From positions 89,921 through 153,920 of the IMG/VR virus record IMGVR_UViG_3300025117_000031: a DNA stretch of 64,000 nucleotides; one strand, 5' to 3'. The position numbers and the translations under genes were made by a program. The notes beneath the pieces were generated by a model that made no database searches, was not told where the DNA came from, and saw only the letters and a list, made by a program, of their open reading frames with translations. How positions within the stretch are numbered: position 1 is the stretch's first letter; the number at the start of each line of letters is the position of its first letter. Of the stretch, positions 28,381-37,942 are shown piece after piece. Origin of the DNA: a virus.

Positions 28381-29271
28381 ATGGCGTTTTTATCTAGCAC
28401 TGGTAACATTATTCTTGACGCTGTTTTGACCGATGCTGGCCGTAAGAGGCTTGCTAGAGCGGACGGAACCTTCAAGATTGCAAAGTTTGCTGTTTTTGAT
28501 GATGAAATAGATTACAACGATTATGATAAATCGCATGCGTCTGGTTCATCTTATGTTGATGTAGAGCTTTTGACTACTCCGGTATTTGAAGCCTTTACAA
28601 ACAATACGTCGGTAGCAAAGTCTTTCTTGGTTAGCTACAACAGAACAAATCTTTTGTATCTCCCTATAGTTAAACAGAACGATCAAGATGCGGCTTCTAA
28701 AAAACACGCTTCTGGTAGTTATGTGGTCGCTGTGGACGAAGATACAGAGACGGATTTTGCTGGTGTGCAAGGATTTTTGTATGGTTATACACCGGGTTCT
28801 GGTGGTGGCATCGTAAGAGTAGATCAGGGTCTAGATACTACCGAGATACCTCCTACTTTTAGTCTTGAACCGTCTTTAGTTGAGACTCAATATATTATTG
28901 AAATAGACAATCGTCTAGGATATGTTGTAGATAAGAACGATGCTAAGCAGGCTGCTGTTTCTTATATCGACGACGACAACATCGCTTCATATCTTTTGAC
29001 TCTTGGCAACGATGTTAAGTTTGTAAGAAAGAACGAAACGACTGATAGCAAAGACTCACAAGTTATTTCAGGTCCAAGAGGAACAATTTTAGAGTTCAAG
29101 CTTCAGGCGTCAATCGAATTGAACTCCAGCACTTATCTTTTTACTACAATAGGTACAACTGGTACTGGTAGCTGGGCAGGTTATTATTACATTGACGCAA
29201 ACGTTAGAATTACTGGTGCGACCACCGGCTATAGTGTAGATATTCCAGTACGGTTTTTGAAGAAAGTATAA
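28381..29271 (+). CDS. virion structural protein (tail/baseplate)
   Basis: ILDAVLTDAGRKRLA...F.IAKFA..DDEIDY motif; strong RBS GAGGAG. Confidence 0.65.
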   Translation: MAFLSSTGNIILDAVLTDAGRKRLARADGTFKIAKFAVFDDEIDYNDYDKSHASGSSYVDVELLTTPVFEAFTNNTSVAKSFLVSYNRTNLLYLPIVKQNDQDAASKKHASGSYVVAVDEDTETDFAGVQGFLYGYTPGSGGGIVRVDQGLDTTEIPPTFSLEPSLVETQYIIEIDNRLGYVVDKNDAKQAAVSYIDDDNIASYLLTLGNDVKFVRKNETTDSKDSQVISGPRGTILEFKLQASIELNSSTYLFTTIGTTGTGSWAGYYYIDANVRITGATTGYSVDIPVRFLKKV

Positions 29272-29294
29272 GCTCTTAATACGGAGAAGAATAA

Positions 29295-30341
29295 ATGGCA
29301 CAAATTTATAAACAGCTTACAAGTAATGACATTGTGACGACACATACATTACTTCACGAATCTGTACCTATCACTGGTACGCTTGTTAGCGGCAGTTATA
29401 GCGGTACAAACATCGAAAGTCCTTCGCATGGAAGATATCAAAGAGTATGGGATTATAACTATGCTTCGGCTTCTGCTAATCATCTTTTTGATATTACTTT
29501 GTGTCTTTCTTCTGGTTCCACGTACCACAACTTAATTGGTACGGATTCTTTGGCAACAGCAAAGATGAATATGTATGATACTCTTGCTCAGGTTTTGATG
29601 GGACACGATGCAACTGGAAGTATTTTAGATTTTGATGAAGACGGAAATCTTCTGGCGGGCGGAACAAAGATTACTGGTTCTTATGCTCTTTGTTTCTCAA
29701 GACTTTTGGTCAAAGACGAAATTAAAAAAGGTTCCTTTAACATGTACCTCGCTTTGAGCGGTACATATGCAACACCGAGAGGTGGTGATTATGGAAACGT
29801 TTTGATTACAGACTCTGGCGCCGAAACAAGTTATTTCGTTAATTCTCCTGCTGGAGAATATGGTGTTCTAAACAGTGGTTCTACTGCGGTTGGTCTTTTA
29901 TTTTACCAGGCTGGTGTTGCGGTGCTTAATGCTGAAAAGATTTTTATGACTTCTTCTGTGAACGGCAGTGTTGGTGTTCAAATGGATTCTTCAACGAGAG
30001 GAGTAAATTATTATCTTTCTACAGGCACCATAGACGCTGCTGCTTCTGCGCTAAGATATAGAATTAACAACATTACTTTCAACAACACTACAGACTTAAA
30101 TTCTACTGTTGTGTTTTGTAGAATGGATCATGGTTCATTTAACTATTCTTCAAACCCAACATATCTTTCCGGGTCAAAGATTCGCACAAAGAATGTTGCG
30201 GCAGATGCTCCGGTAGCATATTACACAGGCATTGGTCTTTATTCGCCGGATAACGAACTTCTGGCTGTGAGCAAGATTTCTACGCCTTTAAAGAAAACTT
30301 CTGACACAGAACAAATAATTCGACTCCGGATCGATTTTTAA
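29295..30341 (+). CDS. virion structural protein
   Basis: C-terminal FNYSSNPTY...IGLY...ELLAVSKISTPLKK; paralogous to 31779-32867. Confidence 0.65.
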   Translation: MAQIYKQLTSNDIVTTHTLLHESVPITGTLVSGSYSGTNIESPSHGRYQRVWDYNYASASANHLFDITLCLSSGSTYHNLIGTDSLATAKMNMYDTLAQVLMGHDATGSILDFDEDGNLLAGGTKITGSYALCFSRLLVKDEIKKGSFNMYLALSGTYATPRGGDYGNVLITDSGAETSYFVNSPAGEYGVLNSGSTAVGLLFYQAGVAVLNAEKIFMTSSVNGSVGVQMDSSTRGVNYYLSTGTIDAAASALRYRINNITFNNTTDLNSTVVFCRMDHGSFNYSSNPTYLSGSKIRTKNVAADAPVAYYTGIGLYSPDNELLAVSKISTPLKKTSDTEQIIRLRIDF

Positions 30342-30373
30342 GTTTTTCTTAATGTTTTCAAGCACTTACGAAA

Positions 30374-30763
30374 GTGAAATCTCCCAAAATCCCCAAATTT
30401 AACGTTGCTCTCTTTTTTGCGGAAGGGGATAAAACCGCGACAGAAATAAACTTTAATTATCAACTTATTTTCAAGATAACGGACTATTATTGCGAAGAAG
30501 AGGAAAGAAAAAAGATCGTTCAAGTTGTCAGGATACTCTCCGCTCCCGATTACCAGAATCTTCAAGCTCTAATAACAGAGAAATCTCAAGGTCTTTACCC
30601 TTTTGTTTCCTTTGAGCTTTTGCAAGAGCTTTACAGCTTTTATAAAAAATGTCTCACAGAGTTAGTAAAAAATGATATAATAGTTTTTCACAAGAGTAAG
30701 TGGATTTTAAAAGAAAGTAATTTGTTGTCCTCTTTTCCTATCGGAAATAAAGAAATCTCATAG
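30374..30763 (+). CDS. hypothetical protein
   Basis: 129-aa ORF with GTG start, filling an intergenic gap. Confidence 0.4.
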   Translation: MKSPKIPKFNVALFFAEGDKTATEINFNYQLIFKITDYYCEEEERKKIVQVVRILSAPDYQNLQALITEKSQGLYPFVSFELLQELYSFYKKCLTELVKNDIIVFHKSKWILKESNLLSSFPIGNKEIS

Positions 30764-30806
30764 CCAAAATCACTTAATTCAGCCTAATTATTGAGAAAAG
30801 TTTTTC

Positions 30807-30835
30807 TTGACTTCTCCGGGAGAACAGGATAGGAT
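30807..30835 (+). promoter_or_regulatory. putative sigma70-type promoter TTGACT-N17-TAGGAT
   Basis: Near-consensus -35/-10 with 17-bp spacer upstream of the kinase gene. Confidence 0.45.
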
Positions 30836-31010
30836 GTCTTTAATAAGAGAGATAGTAAAACAAGAAGTTATTAACCTTTGGAAGGGTCGTTCAAAGAAGA
30901 AAAAGGGTAATCCTTTCGGGGGTATGACAAATCCTCTTGAAAAGGGTCCTTCGCTTGAAGGCGATGTTTTATCGGAAGAAGACAAAAAGAAAGAAGGCAA
31001 AGATGTCTAG
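30834..31010 (+). CDS. small hypothetical protein with IREIVKQEV leader
   Basis: ATG 30834; motif shared with neighbouring ORFs. Confidence 0.45.
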   Translation: MSLIREIVKQEVINLWKGRSKKKKGNPFGGMTNPLEKGPSLEGDVLSEEDKKKEGKDV

Positions 31011-31449
31011 GAAGATGTACGTTCTGCGTGGCGTTTCTGGTTCTGGAAAGTCCACAAAGGCTTTGGAGTTGGCTCCGAAGGAGAATATCTTTTCGACCGA
31101 TGAGTATTTCATGGTCGGAGGTAAGTATTTTTTTGACTCTGGCAAGCTTTCCAAGGCTCATGCTTGGAATCGTGAGAGAGTGTACGGTGCCCTGAAGAGC
31201 GGGGTTTCTCCTGTGGTTGTTGATAACACCAACACGCAGTCTTGGGAGGCCGAGCCTTATGTGAAGATGGCTCTTGCTCATGGCTATAAGATTGAGTTTG
31301 TTGAGCCCGATACTTCGTGGGCCAAGAATGCGGACGAGCTTGCTAAGCGCAACAAGCACGGTGTTCCAAAGGCGGCGATTGTTCGAATGTTGCAACGTTA
31401 TCAGCCGATGGATAAATTTAAGGCCGATTTGATCGGCAAGGGAGAGTAA
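31003..31449 (+). CDS. AAA_33 / N4BP2-like P-loop kinase (putative polynucleotide 5'-kinase)
   Basis: LRGVSGSGKST Walker A; FSTDEYF; VVVDNTN; RNKHGVP..I.RML, characteristic of N4BP2/CNPase-type kinase domains. Confidence 0.85.
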   Translation: MSRKMYVLRGVSGSGKSTKALELAPKENIFSTDEYFMVGGKYFFDSGKLSKAHAWNRERVYGALKSGVSPVVVDNTNTQSWEAEPYVKMALAHGYKIEFVEPDTSWAKNADELAKRNKHGVPKAAIVRMLQRYQPMDKFKADLIGKGE

Positions 31450-31454
31450 TAAAA

Positions 31455-31751
31455 ATGGCAAAGTTTTCTCCTCAAGAGATTCGAGAGGTGGTAAAAGAAG
31501 TTCTGTTAGAAAATCTGCAACAAGATCCTCAAACAGAAAAAAACATTGAGAATGCGTATAATTCCGTTCTTGCTGCAAGACGACACTTAAAGACTCTTTT
31601 GAAGTACGGCGGTCTTGAGGCAAGAGATGAAATTTCTTCTTGGGTTCAACAGATTGAACAAATTGTTAAGAATATTGAGCAAAAAGCCAAGATTGCAGAA
31701 AGCACACAGAAAAATCCTTGGTCTGTTTGCAATACGATAAAGGAAAAGTAG
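31455..31751 (+). CDS. hypothetical protein, possible internal head protein
   Basis: IREVVKEVLLE leader. Confidence 0.55.
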   Translation: MAKFSPQEIREVVKEVLLENLQQDPQTEKNIENAYNSVLAARRHLKTLLKYGGLEARDEISSWVQQIEQIVKNIEQKAKIAESTQKNPWSVCNTIKEK

Positions 31752-31778
31752 GTCTTGATAAGGGTTTTCATGAAATAA

Positions 31779-32867
31779 ATGAGAAAATTTAAAGAGAATG
31801 ACATTTTCAGAAATAGAATAAAGACTCATCCGAAATATGAATTTTTTGTTCATTCTGGAACAACGTATTTAAACAACTATCTTGCGCAAGGTTCAAATAT
31901 ACCTCAAGGCTCTATCTCTCTTTACGAAGAAAACATAGATAGAACGGCTGCGCAGAAAATATATCCATTTATCATAAAGACCGGCAATCTTACTTCTTTT
32001 TCTACAGTATCTACTTCAAAATATAATGAGTATGCTTATGGGACAACGATAACTGGGTCGTATCCTTTGACATCTTCCATAAAGATTACCAATCATGCTC
32101 CAAACAGTTCACGTCCTTATATTAATGCTCTCAAGAATACAATAAATTATTATGGCTATCTTAGTCCTCATTGTTCCTATTCTTCTACTCTTGGGGATTA
32201 TTCTACAGTACAAGTATCTGAGATCCAGCTTTCCTCTATTTTTTATGGTAGTTCCATTAAGAAAGGTACAGTTGCTTTAAAGTTTTATACTTCTGGCGCT
32301 GTTCTTAATGAGCTGTATGATAACGAAAGAGGAGAATTAGTTCAGGCGTCAGGTTCTCAATCTGGTTCTGTTGCTGGAGTAATTTTATATACGGAAGGGA
32401 TTATGTTGCTGACTGGTTCTTGGGCTTTGGCAACAAATCACAGTGAACCATATTACAATTCAACAAATTATAATCCGTCTTGGAAGTATTTTGGAGCATC
32501 TGTTCCATCTTCAAGCTATGGAGTTGAGTTTGAAGGAATTAATTACGTCGATGTGATTACGATGTATTGTCATGCTCCTCCTGGAGAATTAAATCACTCT
32601 AACAACGCTACATATATTGAGCATGGGCAAACGGAATTTTATACTTCTGGCAGTAAGACTTTTTCCGAAAACCAGAAGCTATCTATTAAGAATATTGTAA
32701 AGAGTCCTTTTGACGGAGCGGAAGCGGATTTTGAAAAGACAGTATATATTTCTAAGATTGCGGTTTTAGATCAATATGGGGAAATACTTGGTATCGCCAA
32801 GTTGGCTACTCCAATTAAGAAAGAAGAAAGTAGAGGTCTTTCTTTTAAGTTGAAGTTGGATATATAG
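31779..32867 (+). CDS. virion structural protein, paralogue of 29295-30341
   Basis: SIKKGTV.L; LNHSNN.TY; YISKIAV...EILGIAKLATPIKK...FKLKLDI. Confidence 0.65.
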   Translation: MRKFKENDIFRNRIKTHPKYEFFVHSGTTYLNNYLAQGSNIPQGSISLYEENIDRTAAQKIYPFIIKTGNLTSFSTVSTSKYNEYAYGTTITGSYPLTSSIKITNHAPNSSRPYINALKNTINYYGYLSPHCSYSSTLGDYSTVQVSEIQLSSIFYGSSIKKGTVALKFYTSGAVLNELYDNERGELVQASGSQSGSVAGVILYTEGIMLLTGSWALATNHSEPYYNSTNYNPSWKYFGASVPSSSYGVEFEGINYVDVITMYCHAPPGELNHSNNATYIEHGQTEFYTSGSKTFSENQKLSIKNIVKSPFDGAEADFEKTVYISKIAVLDQYGEILGIAKLATPIKKEESRGLSFKLKLDI

Positions 32868-32878
32868 AGGAAAATTCA

Positions 32879-34330
32879 ATGAAGATAAGAGAAATAGTTA
32901 AAGAAATATTGAACGAAATGAAAGAAAAACGTCCGGAATTAAAAAGACTTGGACAAGAGCCGATAATAACAGCTTCTCCAAAATCTTCTGTTCCTTCGAG
33001 AAAAGACAAACTTGATAGAATGAAAAACCCTTCTTTTGCAGACAAGATTAAAAAGGTTGTTGGTCTTGTGGAAGAGGAGAATATAGAAGAAGAACAACAG
33101 ATTGATGAGGGGTTTTGGGATAGTCTTGAAAACAAAGTAACTAAAGCTTTTTACGGTGATGAGTCCGTTAGGCCCAAGAAAACAAAGAAGAAAAGCTCTC
33201 CCAAACCCAAGAAACCAAAAGAAGAAAAGCCAGAGGAGCCTGTTGCGGCTGCTGCACCCGAGCCTGTCAAAGCTCCAGAAGCCCCAGAACCTGCCAAGAC
33301 AAAGAAAGAAAAAAGTCCTCCTGTTTCTGCTGCAGAATTAGAGCCCGAGAAACCGGGAGTTTTTTCTAGAGCGGTAGGTGGGATAACAAGCTTCTTTAGA
33401 GATCGACAGAAGAAATTCGAAGATGTAGAAAGAACGAAAGACAGCATTGCACGCAGGATAGAACCCAGTCGTCCGGGGTACAACGAAGAACGAGAAATGA
33501 TTTTGGAGTTTGTAAAGATACAAAAGAAATTAAACGAACTTAAGCTGCTGAGAGGGATTAAAGAAAAAGATCTTATAGACGTATTCGAGAAATACTTTAC
33601 AGCAGAAGATGCTTTATTGATAAGGGTTTTGAATTATGGAGACGTTATTTTAGAAAGAACCAGAGACCACGACTATAAATCTTTAGACCAAGAAGAGTTT
33701 TTGAGGGCAGCAAGAGAACAATTAACCCCAGAGATATTTAGGACGGTTGAGGACTTATTGGAGGCTTCAAAGAAAATAAGCAGACGAAAAGGTCAATTTA
33801 GAGGTGAGACGAATCTTACCGAAGAAGCAGAGCAATCCCCAGACCAACTTTTAAATAACGTCTTGACAAGAATGGAAAATTTTGATAAGATGTTGGCTCC
33901 TTATAAAAATAATGTTGAGGAAGCCATGAAAAATATCACCAAAGGTCCGGGAGATATTGGGATTGATAGATATGAGCAGGAACAAAATAAATATCAAAAA
34001 GAAGAGGAATACCTTGAGCGTCTGAAGAGTGATGCCTTGTTGCACGGACAGCTTTTGATGGATAATTTTTCGGACTTTCAAAAGTTTATGGACTTTGTTT
34101 GGTGGAACGACAACGTGAGCGAAAAGCTTCGTAGAATGGTCGAAATTAACTTTGACCCCGAGAATTACGACAGCAGCAAAGAACAAGAACTATATAAAGA
34201 GTTTCAAGCAAAGTTCCAAGACAAAAACTTTAAAATGTCTTCTTTGGGAGAAGTTTTGTATAAAATCTATGAGACATATGTTGAAACATATGATTGGAAC
34301 AAGCTTATTTCTTATTTAAACGATTATTGA
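32879..34330 (+). CDS. hypothetical protein, possible internal head protein
   Basis: MKIREIVKEILNE leader; internal IDEG and LTEE sites; Pro/Lys-rich linker. Confidence 0.6.
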   Translation: MKIREIVKEILNEMKEKRPELKRLGQEPIITASPKSSVPSRKDKLDRMKNPSFADKIKKVVGLVEEENIEEEQQIDEGFWDSLENKVTKAFYGDESVRPKKTKKKSSPKPKKPKEEKPEEPVAAAAPEPVKAPEAPEPAKTKKEKSPPVSAAELEPEKPGVFSRAVGGITSFFRDRQKKFEDVERTKDSIARRIEPSRPGYNEEREMILEFVKIQKKLNELKLLRGIKEKDLIDVFEKYFTAEDALLIRVLNYGDVILERTRDHDYKSLDQEEFLRAAREQLTPEIFRTVEDLLEASKKISRRKGQFRGETNLTEEAEQSPDQLLNNVLTRMENFDKMLAPYKNNVEEAMKNITKGPGDIGIDRYEQEQNKYQKEEEYLERLKSDALLHGQLLMDNFSDFQKFMDFVWWNDNVSEKLRRMVEINFDPENYDSSKEQELYKEFQAKFQDKNFKMSSLGEVLYKIYETYVETYDWNKLISYLNDY

Positions 34331-34334
34331 AATA

Positions 34335-35621
34335 ATGTTTGAGAAGTGGCAGCATTTTCTGAAAGAATCGAAGCAAATGGAAGACTTTTATAAGAAGTTT
34401 AAGGTTTTTCTTGTCGGCGGTTCTGTCCGAGATTCGTTGCTCAACAGAGCATCACACGATGCGGATTACGTTGTTGTTGGTGCTACGCCACAAGACATGT
34501 TGGATGTTGGGTTTTCGCAAGTAGGAGCAGAGTTTCCTGTTTTTATTCATCCGAAGACGGGAGACGAATACGCCCTTGCTCGTTCGGAGAGAAAATCAGG
34601 AGAGGGGCACAAGGGATTTACTACGAATACGGAAGATATCCCAATTGAAAAAGATCTCGAGAGAAGAGATTTAACAATTAATGCCCTTGCTAGAATGATG
34701 CTTTCTTCTGGGGAATATGGTGATATCGTTGATCCATATGGCGGCAAGAAAGACATAGAAAATAAACTATTGAGACACGTTTCGGAAGCTTTTGAAGAAG
34801 ATCCTCTTCGTGTCCTGCGAGTTGCGAGATTTGCAGCGCAACTTGATTTTTCCGCTGCTCCCGAGACAGAAGAATTAATGAGCAACATGGTTGGTCGGGG
34901 AATGCTGGACTCTTTAACTCCGGAGAGGATTTGGAAGGAGACGGAGAAGGCGCTATCTTCTGACAGACCAGATAAATATTTTGAGGTCTTGGCAAAGTGC
35001 GGGGCTTTGGACAGGTTTATGCCAGAGCTTTCAAAGCTCAGAGGAGTTCCGCAGCCGCAGCAATATCACGGGGAAAACGACGCTTGGATGCACACGATGG
35101 CTGCTGTAAGGGCAGCCAGAAGCATCACCAGCGATCCTGAGATTATTTGGGCTGTTGTTAACCACGATCTTGGGAAGGGAGCTACTTCCAAGGATGTTTT
35201 GCCGCATCATTATGGACATGAGATGGCGGGAATTCCTTTGGTTAAGGCGGCAAACGAAAGATTAAAGGTTCCTTCTTCTTTTTCTGATCTGGCTGAGATG
35301 TCGACAGAAAATCATATGCGGGTTCATATTGTAAAGAAGATGAGACCGGAGAAGGTTGTTGATTTGCTTTATAGAACCGACGCTTTTCGTAAGCCGGAAA
35401 GGTTTGAAAAGTTTTTGAGAGTTAGCGAGGCCGATGCACGTTCGCATAAGGGTCGGGAGTTTGAAGAGGGAGATTTTATCCGCAATGCTTTTGAAGTTTG
35501 CCGAAAGGTGAGCGCAAAAGAACTTGTTGACCAAGGATTTGTTGGGAAGCAGATTGGAGAAAAACTTCGACAAAATAGAATTGCGGCGTATAAGAATTAT
35601 CTTCGTGGAGAGAACAAATAA
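34335..35621 (+). CDS. cca: multifunctional CCA tRNA nucleotidyltransferase with HD phosphatase domain
   Basis: VGGSVRD..L....D.DYVVVG; EYALARSERK.G.G; DL.RRDLTINALA; EDPLRVLRVARF; HT...HDLGKG. Confidence 0.95.
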   Translation: MFEKWQHFLKESKQMEDFYKKFKVFLVGGSVRDSLLNRASHDADYVVVGATPQDMLDVGFSQVGAEFPVFIHPKTGDEYALARSERKSGEGHKGFTTNTEDIPIEKDLERRDLTINALARMMLSSGEYGDIVDPYGGKKDIENKLLRHVSEAFEEDPLRVLRVARFAAQLDFSAAPETEELMSNMVGRGMLDSLTPERIWKETEKALSSDRPDKYFEVLAKCGALDRFMPELSKLRGVPQPQQYHGENDAWMHTMAAVRAARSITSDPEIIWAVVNHDLGKGATSKDVLPHHYGHEMAGIPLVKAANERLKVPSSFSDLAEMSTENHMRVHIVKKMRPEKVVDLLYRTDAFRKPERFEKFLRVSEADARSHKGREFEEGDFIRNAFEVCRKVSAKELVDQGFVGKQIGEKLRQNRIAAYKNYLRGENK

Positions 35622-36956
35622 ATGAGGTCGCTTGTAGAACAAATTGTACAAGAAATTTTAGAGGGCTCCGGAACATTATTGGAAGACAAGGTTTCTTCTT
35701 TAAAGGAGAAGATTCCCGAGCAAACAGAACTGATCGACTTCTTTGCCTCGAAGGATCCAACAGGCAAACAGAAATACCTCGAATGGGCTTTGAAAAGAAC
35801 TCTTCAAGGCAATGAAAGCAAAGAGCTGGTTGTGGATGCGTTCCTCAAGTTTGATCAGATTGGTCCTCGGCTGGAAAAGAAAGACATCAACCAATACGAA
35901 TCTGCAGAAAGAGTCTTCGACGCAATCAACTATTACGAAACGGTGCAGCGGAGCGAGAGGTCAAAGGGGAAAGAGAAGAAGAAAACAGCGTATAAAGCGG
36001 CCGAGAGCGGAGAGGGGGAAAAAGTTCCCACAAAAGCTAGTCATTTGTCTTTGGAAGAAATTATTTTGCAAGAAGTATTAAAGCACAAAGTTGATGAAAT
36101 GGCTTTGTCAAACCTGGAGAGTGTTGACGATCCCTTTGCCGAAGAGCTTATTTCTGCTTTAAGAAAAGGGAAAAAGACAGCCGTTGTTTATCATGGAACT
36201 TCAACCAAACATTTTTGGAGTATTATAAAGAATGGGTTTGTTTTTAGCCCAGAGAGAAAAAACTGGGAAGGTACATCTCCGGGAACATATTTTTCTTTTA
36301 ACATAAGAAGGGCTGCTGAATATACTTTAAAGCCAGTTGAAAAGGCTGGTGGAGAAGCGATTATTTTTGTCTTGGAACTTCCTCTTAAAGAGCTTGAACG
36401 AGATTTGGACGACTCTGATGCTTGGGATAAGAACACTCATTTCCAATCTGTTGTAAGAAAAGAAATACAACCAAGGATGATAACTGGTGTTATTTATCCT
36501 GTTCGTCCATTTGAGAGCGGAGAAACTCCCGAGACGCCAATTAAAAAGTTTATTGCTCAGGTCCAAAATGGAAAGATAAAAGAGATTCCTCCCGACGAGG
36601 AAGGAACAGAGGGGCGCTTTAAAAAGGCAACTCCCGAAGAGATTGAGTGGGCAGTTGTTCAATATGTTCAAGACCTTATTCAATATACCTCTTTTGATAT
36701 GCACAATTTCGGGCAAGAGGGAGTAAAATTAAACTCTTTGGTGCTTAGGAAGGTCGTTGAGGAGGGGTGGCCGAAGATTAGTGCGTGGACTGGAGAAGAT
36801 TGGGTCAAGTATTTAGAGTCTGTTTATAAGAAAAAAAACGAAGAAGAATACTATAAAGAGCAGAGAGAGTTTACAGTTCCTCTTTGGAGAGTGATTAAAA
36901 AATATACAGCAGATATTGAAGCATTTAACAAGTTTCGTCTAGGAAAGACGAAATAA
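35622..36956 (+). CDS. protein with ADP-ribosyltransferase-fold (HGT-type; Tpt1/PARP-like clan) domain
   Basis: VVYHGTS....SIIKNGF ... GTYFS....AAEY ... IIFVLELP ... I.P..I; separate N-terminal DPTGKQKYLEW domain. Confidence 0.6.
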   Translation: MRSLVEQIVQEILEGSGTLLEDKVSSLKEKIPEQTELIDFFASKDPTGKQKYLEWALKRTLQGNESKELVVDAFLKFDQIGPRLEKKDINQYESAERVFDAINYYETVQRSERSKGKEKKKTAYKAAESGEGEKVPTKASHLSLEEIILQEVLKHKVDEMALSNLESVDDPFAEELISALRKGKKTAVVYHGTSTKHFWSIIKNGFVFSPERKNWEGTSPGTYFSFNIRRAAEYTLKPVEKAGGEAIIFVLELPLKELERDLDDSDAWDKNTHFQSVVRKEIQPRMITGVIYPVRPFESGETPETPIKKFIAQVQNGKIKEIPPDEEGTEGRFKKATPEEIEWAVVQYVQDLIQYTSFDMHNFGQEGVKLNSLVLRKVVEEGWPKISAWTGEDWVKYLESVYKKKNEEEYYKEQREFTVPLWRVIKKYTADIEAFNKFRLGKTK

Positions 36957-36964
36957 AGGAGAAA

Positions 36965-37405
36965 GTGAATAAAATGTCAGGTGATGATATCCGTGAGCAA
37001 ATTAAGGAAATGTATCGAGAGATTATTTCCGAAAACCTTGGTCTTAACAAGTTGTTGGAACAAGATGCTCCTCCGGGAAGAGAAATTGATCGGAATCAGG
37101 CGGTGATGAATGAGAAAATTCAGGAATATTACGAAGGTATTCTTGATGATCAGAATGAATTCTATGACAACGTAATGATGTATGTCTATGAAAACGGGGA
37201 ACAGATGGGTCTAGATAAATACCCAGAGTTTCCAGAAGACGGCTCTGATTTAAACAAACTAAGCACCTTTGAAAGTAGAATGCGGCAGAGTTTAAAATCA
37301 GCAGGGAAAAAGAAACTACAAGGTCTTGCTGGACAAATTCAAAATCTGACTCTTCGTGTTGCTACAGCCATGGCCAACCAAGACCTCCAAGAGGTTTTGA
37401 AATAA
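36965..37405 (+). CDS. hypothetical protein, possible internal head protein
   Basis: IKEMYREIISE...LLEQ leader; AAGGAG RBS. Confidence 0.6.
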   Translation: MNKMSGDDIREQIKEMYREIISENLGLNKLLEQDAPPGREIDRNQAVMNEKIQEYYEGILDDQNEFYDNVMMYVYENGEQMGLDKYPEFPEDGSDLNKLSTFESRMRQSLKSAGKKKLQGLAGQIQNLTLRVATAMANQDLQEVLK

Positions 37406-37417
37406 GAAAGAGAAAAA

Positions 37418-37942
37418 ATGAAAATTATAGGTCTTGATGTAAGTACATCTATTACTGGATGTGCTGTACTAGATGAGAATGGTGACGTATTAGAATCAGC
37501 GGCTTGGAGAACCGAGAAGCTAGAGGGTCTTGAAAAAAAAGCAGACTTTATTCACGACCAAATAGATAAACTTTCCGAGAAATACAAAGGCGATTGTATA
37601 GTTTATATCGAAGATTGTGCAAAGAAGTTTTCTTTTGGTAAGTCTTCTGCACAGACTCTGCGTATTTTATCTCAATTTAACGGGATGATTACTTATATTT
37701 CTCACATGTATTTTAAAAGAGTAGAAAAGCTTACTCCCTCAAGAGCAAGAAGCCTGTGCGGAGTAAAGGTTAAAAGAGGAGAAAACGGAAAAGAGAAGGT
37801 ATTTGATTTAATCAAAAAAGAATCTTGGTTTTCTTATAAAGAAACAGCGAAGGGCAATCCGGAACCAGGCACCTACGATAGGTGTGACGCTTTGATTATG
37901 GCAAGAGCGGGTTTAAAAGAATGCTCTCCTCTCAACAAATAG
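37418..37942 (+). CDS. RuvC-like Holliday junction resolvase
   Basis: IIGLDVSTSITG; VYIED; D..DAL.MA. Confidence 0.85.
   Translation: MKIIGLDVSTSITGCAVLDENGDVLESAAWRTEKLEGLEKKADFIHDQIDKLSEKYKGDCIVYIEDCAKKFSFGKSSAQTLRILSQFNGMITYISHMYFKRVEKLTPSRARSLCGVKVKRGENGKEKVFDLIKKESWFSYKETAKGNPEPGTYDRCDALIMARAGLKECSPLNK

Noticed and set aside
30871-31623. 250-aa minus-strand ORF
   Set aside because: Shadow of the well-supported plus-strand kinase and its neighbours; no motifs.
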